Shown here: one piece after another, positions 9,101 to 14,446 of the stretch | Layout of the letters: every line of letters begins with the position of its first letter | Numbering within the stretch: the stretch's first letter is position 1 | Assembly: GCA_045644865.1 (NCBI GenBank) | Contig: JAZRHS010000019.1 | Coordinates: 1-39,232, forward strand | DNA: 39,232 nucleotides | Reading direction: 5' to 3' | Source of the DNA: Eubacteriales bacterium | Lineage (GTDB): Bacteria; Bacillota; Clostridia; Oscillospirales; CAG-272 | Program-made: the position numbers and the translations under genes | Notes under the pieces: generated by a model | The model's database searches: none | Told to the model about the DNA's origin: nothing | The model's input: only the letters and a program-made list of their open reading frames with translations

Positions 9101-9369
9101 TTAAAACACAGGATGACCGCGGTAAGTTCTATGAGAACTATGCGCTTCAGCTTCTTGAGTGCAAGGGTTGTGTAGGATTTGACTGGTTCAAGTATCTTGA
9201 TAATGACCCTTCCGATAGTAGTGCAGACTCGTCTAATACAAACGCAAATAAGGGTATTATTGATAACAAGGCTAATGAGTATACCGATCTTACAAAGCAT
9301 ATGGCTACACTCAATAACCAGAAATATAACCTTATTAAATTCTTTGATGCGAGAAAGCCAGAAAATTAA
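49..9369 (+). CDS. Giant secreted multidomain protein (3,106 aa): signal peptide, ten metal-knuckle + LamG/ConA-like modules, beta-rich region, DNRLRE/CBM96-like module, C-terminal clan GH-A glycoside-hydrolase-like domain
   Basis: A single uninterrupted ORF runs 4..9369. ATG at 49 follows AGAAAGGG (33-40) and opens MRNTKKTTKALLLVLAVVMVVGLFAVSAFA, a classic signal peptide, so I prefer it to the ATG at 4. Internal repeats and domain motifs are listed as separate features. There is no LPXTG, dockerin or SLH signature at the C-terminus. Confidence 0.85.
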   Translation: MRNTKKTTKALLLVLAVVMVVGLFAVSAFAAVNEQSRCDHKHYAINEVKTVLSGNNPYSFGICSGCKQGVMTPLNNLLTEYTGEADNRVNNDLLAGEEVFVDNLTYIQASESTLGSGAKDYTVEFDVYVDKINPEAVNANFFGVVAWQKVEGENKFAPQDFLRMFAKSETEAELRIGRDATASPLVTTIKVDEGYHFKLTVNPRQGQRAVVIESYNLSNPSDVSIASGTMNWIDNGMTTYDFRILEGAWGEFWFDNFAFYNYDEVEQEACNHADYELNGVNKLVVKGGLYELGSCEGCNQAVVVNHKNLIYSKAGADNVGEVINDKILAGETIKVTKENRIYTSYDVVGSSDPYTIEFDVKINSIDSSKNNTSMLDLVGSNYQFFLRMFTSSSEEAQLRIGNSNSSPLVTTIKKDHSYHFKLVVASNSVAIEGYDLDTKETFRQTGTLDALAAGNATYYFRVFNNTLGDFDFSNFVLYGEWSDAPCVHTGHAVHNEKLMVIDGKFYKTGKCAGCGEDVRALFDSFLEDLSGSSTIVKDYLLNGKPVNITDNKNVYIAEKYIGGSAKEYVIEFDVEINTIDADNIRYSDVNDGTIKSNGRTFFGATGSDGSGYQHFLRLFVAPKNGTDPSTTTDYYDNKAQLRIGDTASAPLVTTIEEGHSYHFKLSVNPYKVNNLKWVTIECYDLSAPFDVYTVSGKIGDISGNTFVRFLDGKWVNFDLANFVIYNGKDAFLEPCTHAALELINTRVVVVDGTPYLTGICKDCAEEHSFKLDSFLTAMSGSESINADLLAGKTVTVKANKNIYTTESVVGPNALKPYTIEFDVKVNSINEEELAKSGTGRNFFDVMSSKKSWGDEYQRFLRLFAKENNTTQADIRAGASNTAPFVATITEGNTYHFKIAVDPANKTVKIESYNFATPEKLNSANGVYTKLLENADSYKFRFLDAESGNFEISNFAFYNGAKEEGVSIPCNHGLYSPVTSQLSVVNGKSYLFQSCPACNEEFIVACDSLLETSTKSNAVNNAFLNGETVKLSGEKQIYSSDAAIGPGADPYTVEFDVKINSIDSSKNNKSMFDATDNNTYQFFLRMFTSSSEEAKLRMGNADTSPLITTIKKGHSYHFKLVVEQLGSQVSVVVEGYDLDTKETFRQTSKLAALASGKSTYSFRVMNGAVGEFEFSNLLFYKTKNATNEVDNNHVHTNKFNNNITVTNFNNKVEFSYTCVCGEKVTPVSQMALIEQDIYSSYEGAVTFDGVAVYGETNYDEECIPEWNEYWMFFDYNVRKASNVNAVVAKIGDTVISTVSKTYKAPATESYAINVRWIAEDVIDYTVYVDGVVVERRSDIKIKGDYTAVTLGDDNAKDVRLNLVKIIWVDVTDDSSDIAEFEYSQDDSLTSCTHIAPTYGGSIEVANAHIAYRYTCGKCGEYVYLDSYYDAEYSAKQNDALIVNENGSAKISKDYKMLYSKISGRFWLAFDITFDALYGSELSENNILNFDGNVASPLRAYNTTVDGEVAVKITSNRSDKGGGVELITAKAGDTVKVALYNDFGAHRVDIYINGEYMTSRTDFIGTRNDDGYLRVRFLDGKWADITINNLVLVSVNDFTKEHIHSNVENNPTTVVTTEAGLVLLAKCPCGAEFVSEQIIDVVVDNIKAVAGNGTVAFNAPTVDYWIVSDICANEDATGAMLTLGKTVLLSADELDKNVKSSVAVHVNGYDYTLYVNGEELKDGTWTGETKVTYGNTGLSDKTQFIFNKIVVLGSTITPVVPDVNGCNHASVGEVGIVCPDCYEYVAVMYPTVSDCYHSAKADGKASIYFDAYGVLNTVYNCSECGAQVTERIDQSLVRGWDNPNFGGQVGTQIHAKADEFELSVGSAPYWIIFDVTMAELPAIPESDETETTFSNKRAYKGYSLVNVQDVHAGGDTNYVSQLRMFVDGYEPGNAKLDLDNETITPGETDGKVEVYLGNKTWNYRMGAYVATLEKDVKTHFAIYFDPNNGNFDVFVNGEYTASSSTGTLGNNKAPQVRFSESTDGGKFIFNKIDIARAAVSYDEKVTVIETNARYKKTTDAAGTYEPLVSIDKTIAINKKVTKEEYSIVSLGLIYVDTCTGQLAYRTGADTYVLLVDKDGEPLVVEESFGSDTKPSYSTKLNVVYNGIDGTARYFVNGKIAYVAGEDEVIPVGNIEVYDANGFYDVTGDTQNIVVRRYTDTVKENANTVVRDVIINELYTTVDSDTAEIIGFQESYVSQSLRFVAGLNTNLYNVVGFDIKVLDVDGTDITKQDKPVLASTRLFDIIDENGKLAFAAQYGYKHFAVIAINNMDCSDKPVAVGQKIYITPYTVIGNTKVSGNEVVVEVINTSAVEGQTIIGYKYANADLEVIPEGEGDVVNNYSKDSLYAKVGVKASGTTGIVAIKDTYVVRGKANENYGGEDVLRIKAYDRKNAGLNRIMLLEFDLTGLDAASIENAKLSLYCFATEDSTATPIEVYTINNWEWDENSVTYNDYKSKSKTLITDTKVAGSGYVFVDITNTVKNAINSGKTKLTLAITGTDATLFNRDKIIRHLQFHSKEYNGADNLKPQIVLSDGSSEYTTNVKVNKSDSVANVWNTAYTYVNEWFASRDEILAREDAVVDTIVRNNSEYSVSVGATSSHIDAIEGKSGEYEAYPTRLVSTLEGYTPDSTEVALYNQYGSLMDESMRQEATGFFYTKKIGDRWWTIDPEGYPFYRTACVSVDLGSSLQKKYQVAGKYGSVDAWAQGTTDRLKELGFNSTGGWSNIDLLSVVDEPLTQTRILNVLSGYASKIGTNESKSGNTDIAYGVLPVFDPGFVSYARDTIYAKVNEYVDAAYVYGWMSDNELPRSKNMLDSALMLDPTDAKFVYSYATAWTFMYLMTGDVNVSLADITDELRLEFRAMVYDRYYKVVTEWLDEFDPNHLYMGSRLVEGAYQDEYIIRVAGKYCDVITFNYYGVWEGDAELLANIEKWSGKPFVITEWYTKGMDACYCLDENGNYCLDDNGNKISTGFGLTNEAGAGWIVKTQDDRGKFYENYALQLLECKGCVGFDWFKYLDNDPSDSSADSSNTNANKGIIDNKANEYTDLTKHMATLNNQKYNLIKFFDARKPEN
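1099..1385 (+). repeat. Intragenic DNA repeat copy A (inside module 2)
   Basis: Near-identical to 3190..3484. Exact shared runs: 38 nt (1192..1229 = 3283..3320, TATCAGTTCTTCCTCAGAATGTTTACTTCGTCTTCGGA), 28 nt (CATAGCTATCACTTTAAGCTGGTTGTTG) and 31 nt (TTGAGGGCTATGATCTCGATACCAAAGAGAC). Confidence 0.85.
3190..3484 (+). repeat. Intragenic DNA repeat copy B (inside module 5)
   Basis: Partner of 1099..1385, with the same exact runs listed there. Confidence 0.85.
7240..7758 (+). other. DNRLRE / CBM96-like carbohydrate-binding module (domain of the giant protein)
   Basis: The sequence DTYVVRGKANENYGGEDVLRIKAYDRKNAGLNRIMLLEFDLTGL...AKLSLYCF...IEVYTINNWEWDENSVTYNDY matches the DNRLRE-domain pattern as I remember it: D/NxxxR...LLxFDL...AxLxLY...W.E..VTWN. 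Boundaries are approximate. Confidence 0.6.
8104..9366 (+). other. Clan GH-A (beta/alpha)8 glycoside-hydrolase-like catalytic domain (GH50/GH42-like; family not resolved)
   Basis: The domain opens with DRWWTIDPEGYPFY. The candidate acid/base lies in WMSDNELP (NE, Glu codon 8566..8568) and the candidate nucleophile in FVITEWY (Glu codon 8971..8973). The spacing of about 135 aa is typical of clan GH-A. The family call comes from memory of motifs only. Confidence 0.55.
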
Positions 9370-9395
9370 ATCTTTTGCGCTTTAGGCGCGAAAAC

Positions 9396-9432
9396 GGGGC
9401 TGATTCATATGAATCAGCCCCAAATTTTATTT
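9396..9432 (+). terminator. Rho-independent terminator of the giant gene
   Basis: Perfect hairpin GGGGCTGATTCA-TAT-GAATCAGCCCC (9396..9421) followed by an A/T-rich tail, AAATTTTATTT. Confidence 0.7.
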
Positions 9433-9435
9433 AAT

Positions 9436-9469
9436 AAAAAAGGGGTAAAGCGCGGCTTTACCTCTTTTT
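9436..9469 (-). terminator. Terminator of the minus-strand membrane-protein gene (could act bidirectionally)
   Basis: A stem of about 10-11 bp spans 9441..9465 (AGGGGTAAAGC / GGCTTTACCTCT). It is flanked by an A-run (9436-40) and a T-run (9465-69). The TAA stop (9458-60, minus strand) sits inside the stem. Confidence 0.65.
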
Positions 9470-9934
9470 ATGTTTGTAACTGTTTCTCTTAGCTTCTTTT
9501 TTGACAGTACCTGTATATGCTCCGATAACAGAGCAAACTATTATAGCCAAGCGTAAGCCAAGCGCACCTGATATGGTGTATCCCGATGAGAGGGTATAGT
9601 TTACCGTCAATGATAAGAGGAATGTAAGAACCGTCAGAATTGCACCAACCGAAAGACCGCATAGCAGAGGAGAAACACGGTTAAGTCTTAAGGCAAGATT
9701 GCCCCCCGCAAGCGCTGCTATGTAAAGGGCGCAAAATGCGGTTGGTGTAATATACCGTCCGGGGTCATCGGTCATATAGAGGATATAGGATAGTAAAAAG
9801 CCCAATAAAATTAATATCGCTACGGCTGCAAGCGCGCCGATTGCCGAGCTTTTAAGAAAGCCCACGGGACTTTTGGGTTTGGATTTAGCTTTGATTTTTT
9901 TGTGTATGCTTCTTTGTGATGCCTTGCTTTTCAT
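9458..9934 (-). CDS. Small integral membrane protein (about 4 TM, lysine-rich termini); possibly TIGR04086/YrzE-like
   Basis: A GGAGG lies 7 nt upstream of the ATG on the minus strand. The protein has four hydrophobic segments. Its position directly downstream of yajC resembles the Bacillus yajC-yrzE arrangement. The family assignment is tentative. Confidence 0.65.
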   Translation of the reverse strand: MKSKASQRSIHKKIKAKSKPKSPVGFLKSSAIGALAAVAILILLGFLLSYILYMTDDPGRYITPTAFCALYIAALAGGNLALRLNRVSPLLCGLSVGAILTVLTFLLSLTVNYTLSSGYTISGALGLRLAIIVCSVIGAYTGTVKKEAKRNSYKHKKR

Positions 9935-10012
9935 AAAAATGCCTCCGCAAAATATAATTACTAAATTATATTAGTGCGAAGGCAAATTTATGATACGCTT
10001 TTAAGTTAGTCC

Positions 10013-10330
10013 TTATTTCTGCGCGTCTTCAGCGTGAACATCAACATTTCTTACCGCACTCTTGAGAATACGGATCTTTGTGCCATCACGGCTGGTCTCA
10101 AGCACGAGAGTTTCGTCCTTGATGCTTACGATCTTACCGATGATGCCGCCGATAGTGGTTATTTCATCGCCAACTACAAGGTTGTTACGCATATTCGCGG
10201 TTTCCTTTTCTTGCTTCTTCTGAGGTCTGATCATAAAGAAGTAGAGGAGAGCGAACATTGCCACCATCAAACCAATGGATATCCACGATGAAGTAGGGTT
10301 AGCATCGGGTGTTTCAAGCAATCTGAACAT
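10013..10330 (-). CDS. yajC: Preprotein translocase subunit YajC
   Basis: One N-terminal TM helix, then RPQKKQEKE...L.VGDEITTIGGIIGKIVSI.DETLVLE, the YajC signature. A GGAGG RBS is present. Confidence 0.9.
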   Translation of the reverse strand: MFRLLETPDANPTSSWISIGLMVAMFALLYFFMIRPQKKQEKETANMRNNLVVGDEITTIGGIIGKIVSIKDETLVLETSRDGTKIRILKSAVRNVDVHAEDAQK

Positions 10331-10440
10331 TTTGTGTCCTCCGTTAAATTTTTATATCTTATTATAAACCAAAAACAAAATTTTTGCAAGTCATTTTTGT
10401 AAACATTTTCATAAATGAAGTGAAATTTTTCTTTATTTCG

Positions 10441-10469
10441 TTGAATTTTTCTATCATTTGTGCTATACT
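10441..10469 (+). promoter_or_regulatory. Sigma-A-type promoter for rimM-trmD
   Basis: TTGAAT (10441-46), a 17-nt spacer, then extended -10 TGcTATACT (10461-69). Confidence 0.5.
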
Positions 10470-10499
10470 ATATTTATCAATAGTATACGAGGACTTATT

Positions 10500-11018
10500 A
10501 TGGAAAAGAATAAATATCTTGAATGTGGGAAAATAGTAAATACTCACGGCGTAAAGGGCGCAGTTAAGCTTGAATCCTGGTGCAACACTCCCTATGACCT
10601 TGCAGAGCTTGACAGACTTTTTATAGAAAAAGACGGTGGGGTAAAAGAGCTTAAAGTAAAGCACGCGTCGGTGTTTAAGCAGTTTGTTATTGCAGAAATT
10701 GCGGGAATAGACGATTTTGACACCGCCTTGGCTATGAAAAACACCGTGGTTTATGCGGCTCGTGAGGATTTCCAGCTTGATGAGGGCGACTATTTTATCG
10801 CTGATGTTATCGGACTTCCTGTAATTGATGCCAATAGCGGTGAAAAATACGGAACGCTTAAGGACATTATAAATCGCGGAGCTTCGGATATTTATGTTGT
10901 GGATACTTCTTACGGTGAGCGAATGATGCCCGCGGTGGACGAATTTGTAAAAGAGGTTAATATAGAAAAGGGCATTTTTATTACTCCTATTGAAGGAATG
11001 TTCGGGGAGGCTCTTTGA
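10500..11018 (+). CDS. rimM: 16S rRNA processing protein RimM
   Basis: GKIVNTHGVKGAVKLESW is the RimM N-terminal motif, with a PRC-barrel-like C-terminus. ATG at 10500 has GAGGA 8 nt upstream. The track start at 10458 is a TTG with no RBS. Confidence 0.9.
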   Translation: MEKNKYLECGKIVNTHGVKGAVKLESWCNTPYDLAELDRLFIEKDGGVKELKVKHASVFKQFVIAEIAGIDDFDTALAMKNTVVYAAREDFQLDEGDYFIADVIGLPVIDANSGEKYGTLKDIINRGASDIYVVDTSYGERMMPAVDEFVKEVNIEKGIFITPIEGMFGEAL

Positions 11019-11728
11019 TGAAGTTTGATATTATGACGCTTTTTCCCGAGCTTGTTGACTATGTGCTTGGCGAAAGCATAATCGGACGGGCGCAGAAAAG
11101 CGGAGCAATAAGCGTAGAAAGCCATAACATTCGCGACTATTCCGAGGACAAGCACCGCAGAGTTGACGATACACCATACGGTGGGGGCAAGGGAATGCTT
11201 ATGATGGCTCCGCCTATATATAATTGCTATTCGGCAATACTTGAAAAGAACAAGGAGCTGGGTGAGAGCGCCAAACGCCGCGTGGTATATATGTCGCCGC
11301 AGGGAAAGGTTCTTGACCACAAAAAGGCACTTGAGCTGTCCGTATACGACAACCTTATTATTCTTTGCGGACACTATGAGGGCGTTGATTACAGAGTTAT
11401 CGACGAAATAGTTGACGAGGAAATTTCTATAGGAAATTTTGTCCTGACAGGCGGGGAAATTCCCGCTTGCATATTGGTGGACGCGGTAGCCAGACTTGTT
11501 GACGGTGTTCTTTCTGATAAGGAGTGTTTTGAAAAGGAAAGCATTTCGGGTGGGCTTCTTGAATATCCCCAATATACAAGACCTTTTGAGTTTCACGGAA
11601 AGGCAGTGCCCGAGGTGCTGATTTCGGGGCATCACGAGAACATAGAAAAATGGAGAAATGAGCAGGCTTTGGAGCTTACAAGGAAAAAACGCCCCGACCT
11701 GCTTGAAAATGGGGGAAAAGATTATTAA
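11015..11728 (+). CDS. trmD: tRNA (guanine37-N1)-methyltransferase TrmD
   Basis: MKFDIMTLFPE...RVDDTPYGGGKGMLM...LCGHYEGVDYRV matches TrmD. An ATGA start/stop overlap couples it to rimM. Confidence 0.95.
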   Translation: MMKFDIMTLFPELVDYVLGESIIGRAQKSGAISVESHNIRDYSEDKHRRVDDTPYGGGKGMLMMAPPIYNCYSAILEKNKELGESAKRRVVYMSPQGKVLDHKKALELSVYDNLIILCGHYEGVDYRVIDEIVDEEISIGNFVLTGGEIPACILVDAVARLVDGVLSDKECFEKESISGGLLEYPQYTRPFEFHGKAVPEVLISGHHENIEKWRNEQALELTRKKRPDLLENGGKDY

Positions 11729-11745
11729 AATAACAAAAAATGACA

Positions 11746-11804
11746 GCGCCGTAAATGGAGGGCTTGGACAGCCCCACGCTTACGGCGCAATTTTTTATTT
11801 TTAT
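11746..11804 (+). terminator. Rho-independent terminator after trmD
   Basis: A 9-bp GC-rich stem, GCGCCGTAA (11746-54) / TTACGGCGC (11780-88), encloses an inner GGGCT/AGCCC stem. It is followed by AATTTTTTATTTTTAT. It lies inside the 5' extension of track ORF 11658..12989. Confidence 0.75.
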
Positions 11805-11813
11805 CGAGTTGGT

Positions 11814-12989
11814 GTGCCGCTTTTATTTAGTGCGGTTGCATTCGTAGGCTTTTTGCCGCACCCGACCCTGCTTTTGCTTGGCTTTTCACTTTTTGCGGCG
11901 GTTGGATGCGCGTTGCGGCTATGTATTGAGATAAGCATTGAATTACGCCTTTTGGATATTTCGGTATTGATGCTTGGAGCGCTGATTCTTCTGTCGGGGC
12001 TTTGGAGCGTGGGCGGAACAGAGTCGCTTTATGGTGCTTTGCTTTCGTTTGCTTTGATTATTACAGCTTTTTTGATTTCATCTACTATGAATAATATTCT
12101 GAGGGAGCAGGCGATAAGTGTTATTATAGCCTCGTCTGCGGCTTCGGGAATAGTAGGCGTGTTGCAGATATTTCACGGCGGATACGAAAGCGGATGGCTT
12201 GATTCCTCTGCCTTTTCGGGAATAAGCGTGCGCATAACATCTCTGTTTGGAAATCCCAATGTTTTTTCGGCTTATCTTTTACTCGTAATTCCGTTTGTAA
12301 TTTACAGGGTAATATATGCTGTCAGCTTGAAAAAGAGATTGCTTTATATTGCCTTGTTTGTGTTGCTTGGGGTATGTATGATTTATACCTGGAGCAGAGG
12401 CGCGTGGCTTGGTCTTGCAATGGAGATTTTTATTTTTTTTGTGCTTTACAAAAGAGGGCTGATTCCTTGCGTGCTATTGTCCTTACCTTTCTTTGGAGCA
12501 GTTACCTCGCTTTTTGCACCAACGGTGTGGGCTCGGTTTGTAAGCATAGCTAATCCCCAAGACACCTCAATATCATACAGGGTGTCGGCGTGGAACGGAA
12601 TAATGAATATGCTTTCAGACAATAATTTTTTTGGCATCGGATACGGGGAGTCGGCTTTTTTAGCCGTGTATCCCTTGTATGCTTATTCGGGGGCGGTAGC
12701 CGTAAGACACAGTCATAGCCTGTATTTACAAATTCTTACCGAGCTTGGTGCGGTGGGGCTTATTATATTTGCCGTGTCAATTCTTGCGGTGTTTTTCAGA
12801 TGTTTTGAAAATATAAAGAAATCTTCCGAAGATAAAGGTGTTTCGGCGGCGGTTGTAATGGCGGTTTTGGGAGTGCTTTTTATGGGCTTGACAGACTATG
12901 TATGGTATGACCGTCGGATATTCCTTATGTTTTGGCTTGTTGTTGCCCTGATGGGGAGAAAGGAGTCTGCTGATGACTGTAAAATTTAA
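11814..12989 (+). CDS. O-antigen ligase (Wzy_C) family polytopic membrane protein
   Basis: About 10 or more TM segments, with the YTWSRGAWLGL motif typical of the O-antigen ligase/Wzy_C loop. The start is uncertain. The track start (11658) and ATG 11709 both precede or span the trmD terminator and translate its T-run as AIFYFY. In-frame GTG 11814, TTG 11853 and TTG 11871 are alternatives, and none has a strong RBS. Confidence 0.65.
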   Translation: MPLLFSAVAFVGFLPHPTLLLLGFSLFAAVGCALRLCIEISIELRLLDISVLMLGALILLSGLWSVGGTESLYGALLSFALIITAFLISSTMNNILREQAISVIIASSAASGIVGVLQIFHGGYESGWLDSSAFSGISVRITSLFGNPNVFSAYLLLVIPFVIYRVIYAVSLKKRLLYIALFVLLGVCMIYTWSRGAWLGLAMEIFIFFVLYKRGLIPCVLLSLPFFGAVTSLFAPTVWARFVSIANPQDTSISYRVSAWNGIMNMLSDNNFFGIGYGESAFLAVYPLYAYSGAVAVRHSHSLYLQILTELGAVGLIIFAVSILAVFFRCFENIKKSSEDKGVSAAVVMAVLGVLFMGLTDYVWYDRRIFLMFWLVVALMGRKESADDCKI

Positions 12990-13449
12990 TAAAAAGATGC
13001 TTTTGTTGCTTTTCGTTGTCATTCTTTTAATAGGAATATCGGTAGTGATTGCGGCGTTTAACAGACAGGAGAAAGATGAGCTTGTAGAGATTGAATACCG
13101 CGTTGTATTTGAAAATGTGGACGAAGGCTTCAGAGAAAAAATAAAAGAAGGCGAGATTGTTTATAATTCGCGGACTATGGCGGCGGTAGGCAGAGTTGTA
13201 TCTGTGGAAAGCGGTGAAAATTATTTTGTTTATGAGTATGACGGTGAATCACAGATAATAAAAAGGGAATATCCCAACAGATATAATATTGATGTAGTTA
13301 TAGGAGTTACTGCCAACTTCAGTAATGGTGAGGGGTATAGCGTGGAAGGTGCGCGGATAGCGGTAGGAAAGGAGCTTGAGTTTCGATTTTCCGATTTTGT
13401 AGGTCGGGGCTTTTGCAGAGATTTGTGGACGGAGGCGCAGAATGGATAA
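12973..13449 (+). CDS. N-terminally anchored small protein (158 aa), DUF4330-like
   Basis: AAGGAG RBS and a single N-terminal TM helix (LLLLFVVILLIGISVVIAAF) followed by a beta-rich domain. The gene overlaps its upstream neighbour by 17 nt. The family call is tentative. Confidence 0.6.
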   Translation: MTVKFNKKMLLLLFVVILLIGISVVIAAFNRQEKDELVEIEYRVVFENVDEGFREKIKEGEIVYNSRTMAAVGRVVSVESGENYFVYEYDGESQIIKREYPNRYNIDVVIGVTANFSNGEGYSVEGARIAVGKELEFRFSDFVGRGFCRDLWTEAQNG

Positions 13450-13918
13450 GAAAATTAATATGTACGCCGCCAAGGCACTTGTTCTCTTTTTTGTTGCATC
13501 GGTGGCATTTACGGCGTTGTTTGTTTATTCGGGGGGCGGAATTTTTCGTTCTCCCACGGAGCTTGACGAGTATAATCTTTATTTTACTGTTAAGGATATT
13601 TCCGCAAACTCTGTTCGGTATTTCGTGGAAGGGGATATGGTTACGGCAGAAGGCGGAATTGTTCTTGGGGAGCTGAAGGGAATAGAGAAAATTGCGCCTG
13701 CGCAGGTGTATGTAACCAAGTCAGGCGGTGGAGTTGAAATTATTGAGTATCCCGAGAATTCACGGGTAGATGCGTATGGCAGTATATCGGCACGCGGTGT
13801 GAGTGCCGGCAGATTTTTGTTGGGCGGGGCAAAGCATATTGCTTCGGGAGATGTTTTTTCTGTGTCAACAGAGCATCTTGATGTAGTGCTTACAATAACA
13901 GAAATTGTCAAAAAATAA
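13442..13918 (+). CDS. N-terminally anchored small protein (158 aa), paralog-like partner of 12973..13449
   Basis: GGAGG RBS, the same 158-aa length and the same layout (N-terminal TM plus a beta-rich domain). It overlaps the upstream gene by 8 nt. Confidence 0.6.
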   Translation: MDKKINMYAAKALVLFFVASVAFTALFVYSGGGIFRSPTELDEYNLYFTVKDISANSVRYFVEGDMVTAEGGIVLGELKGIEKIAPAQVYVTKSGGGVEIIEYPENSRVDAYGSISARGVSAGRFLLGGAKHIASGDVFSVSTEHLDVVLTITEIVKK

Positions 13919-14003
13919 GTCTTTTTAATGCGATTTGTCAAAAATGACAAAAGTATAGCTGTTATATTATATAAAATTCATAAAAAACACCAAAGAAATC
14001 CTA

Positions 14004-14032
14004 TTGATTTTTGTGTGGGATTTTGATATAAT
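14004..14032 (+). promoter_or_regulatory. Sigma-A promoter for ptsH
   Basis: TTGATT (14004-09), a 17-nt spacer, then extended -10 TGaTATAAT (14024-32). Confidence 0.6.
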
Positions 14033-14106
14033 ACTATCGGGTATGTATGTTGTCTGCATTGCCTGTATAAAACAAAAGAATTTACTGTGAAAGGATTTGC
14101 CTAAAT

Positions 14107-14370
14107 ATGTTGACAAGAGATGTAACAATTACAAATAGCATTGGATTGCACGCAAGACCGGCTACATTTTTTATTCAAAAAGCAAATTCCTATAAAAGTT
14201 CTATATGGGTGGAAAAGGATGACCGCAGAGTTAACGCAAAGAGCCTGCTTGGAGTTCTTTCACTTGGAATTGCAAAGGGAATGACGGTTACTCTTATTGC
14301 TGACGGTCAGGATGAGGACGCAGCGTTAAGTGGTCTTTCCGAGCTTATCGACAACGGCTTTGCCGAGTAA
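14107..14370 (+). CDS. ptsH: Phosphocarrier protein HPr
   Basis: An 87-aa protein with the His15 motif IGLHARPA and the Ser46 motif NAKSLLGVLSLG. The retained His argues for HPr rather than Crh. Confidence 0.9.
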   Translation: MLTRDVTITNSIGLHARPATFFIQKANSYKSSIWVEKDDRRVNAKSLLGVLSLGIAKGMTVTLIADGQDEDAALSGLSELIDNGFAE

Positions 14371-14401
14371 AAAGTAGCGTTGACGGATTTCCGTCGTCAG
14401 A

Positions 14402-14426
14402 CTGCGGGGAAATCCCGCAGTTTTTT
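14402..14426 (+). terminator. Terminator after ptsH
   Basis: CTGCGGG-GAAA-TCCCGCAG followed by TTTTTT. Confidence 0.8.
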
Positions 14427-14446
14427 GATTTTAAGGGGGGATTGTA

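Noticed and set aside
9951-9972. 9-bp all-A/T inverted repeat AATATAATT-N4-AATTATATT upstream of the 9458..9934 gene
   Set aside because: AT-only palindromes of this size are expected by chance in AT-rich intergenic DNA.
10362-10664. 100-aa minus-strand ORF in the yajC/rimM intergenic region
   Set aside because: It spans an AT-rich divergent promoter region and the rimM 5' end. The sequence is rich in Phe, Lys, Tyr and Ile, as expected from translating AT-rich DNA, and there is no RBS.
10910-11635. Minus-strand ORF of 241 aa opposite trmD, and 21502..22314 (270 aa) opposite truB
   Set aside because: They are antisense to confidently identified TrmD and TruB and have no motifs or RBS.
13934-13951. 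Palindrome TTTGTCA-AAAA-TGACAAA between the second 158-aa gene and the ptsH promoter
   Set aside because: It is a 7-bp AT-rich stem with no following T-run, so it is a poor terminator. It does not match cre or any other operator consensus I know. The evidence is too weak to call.
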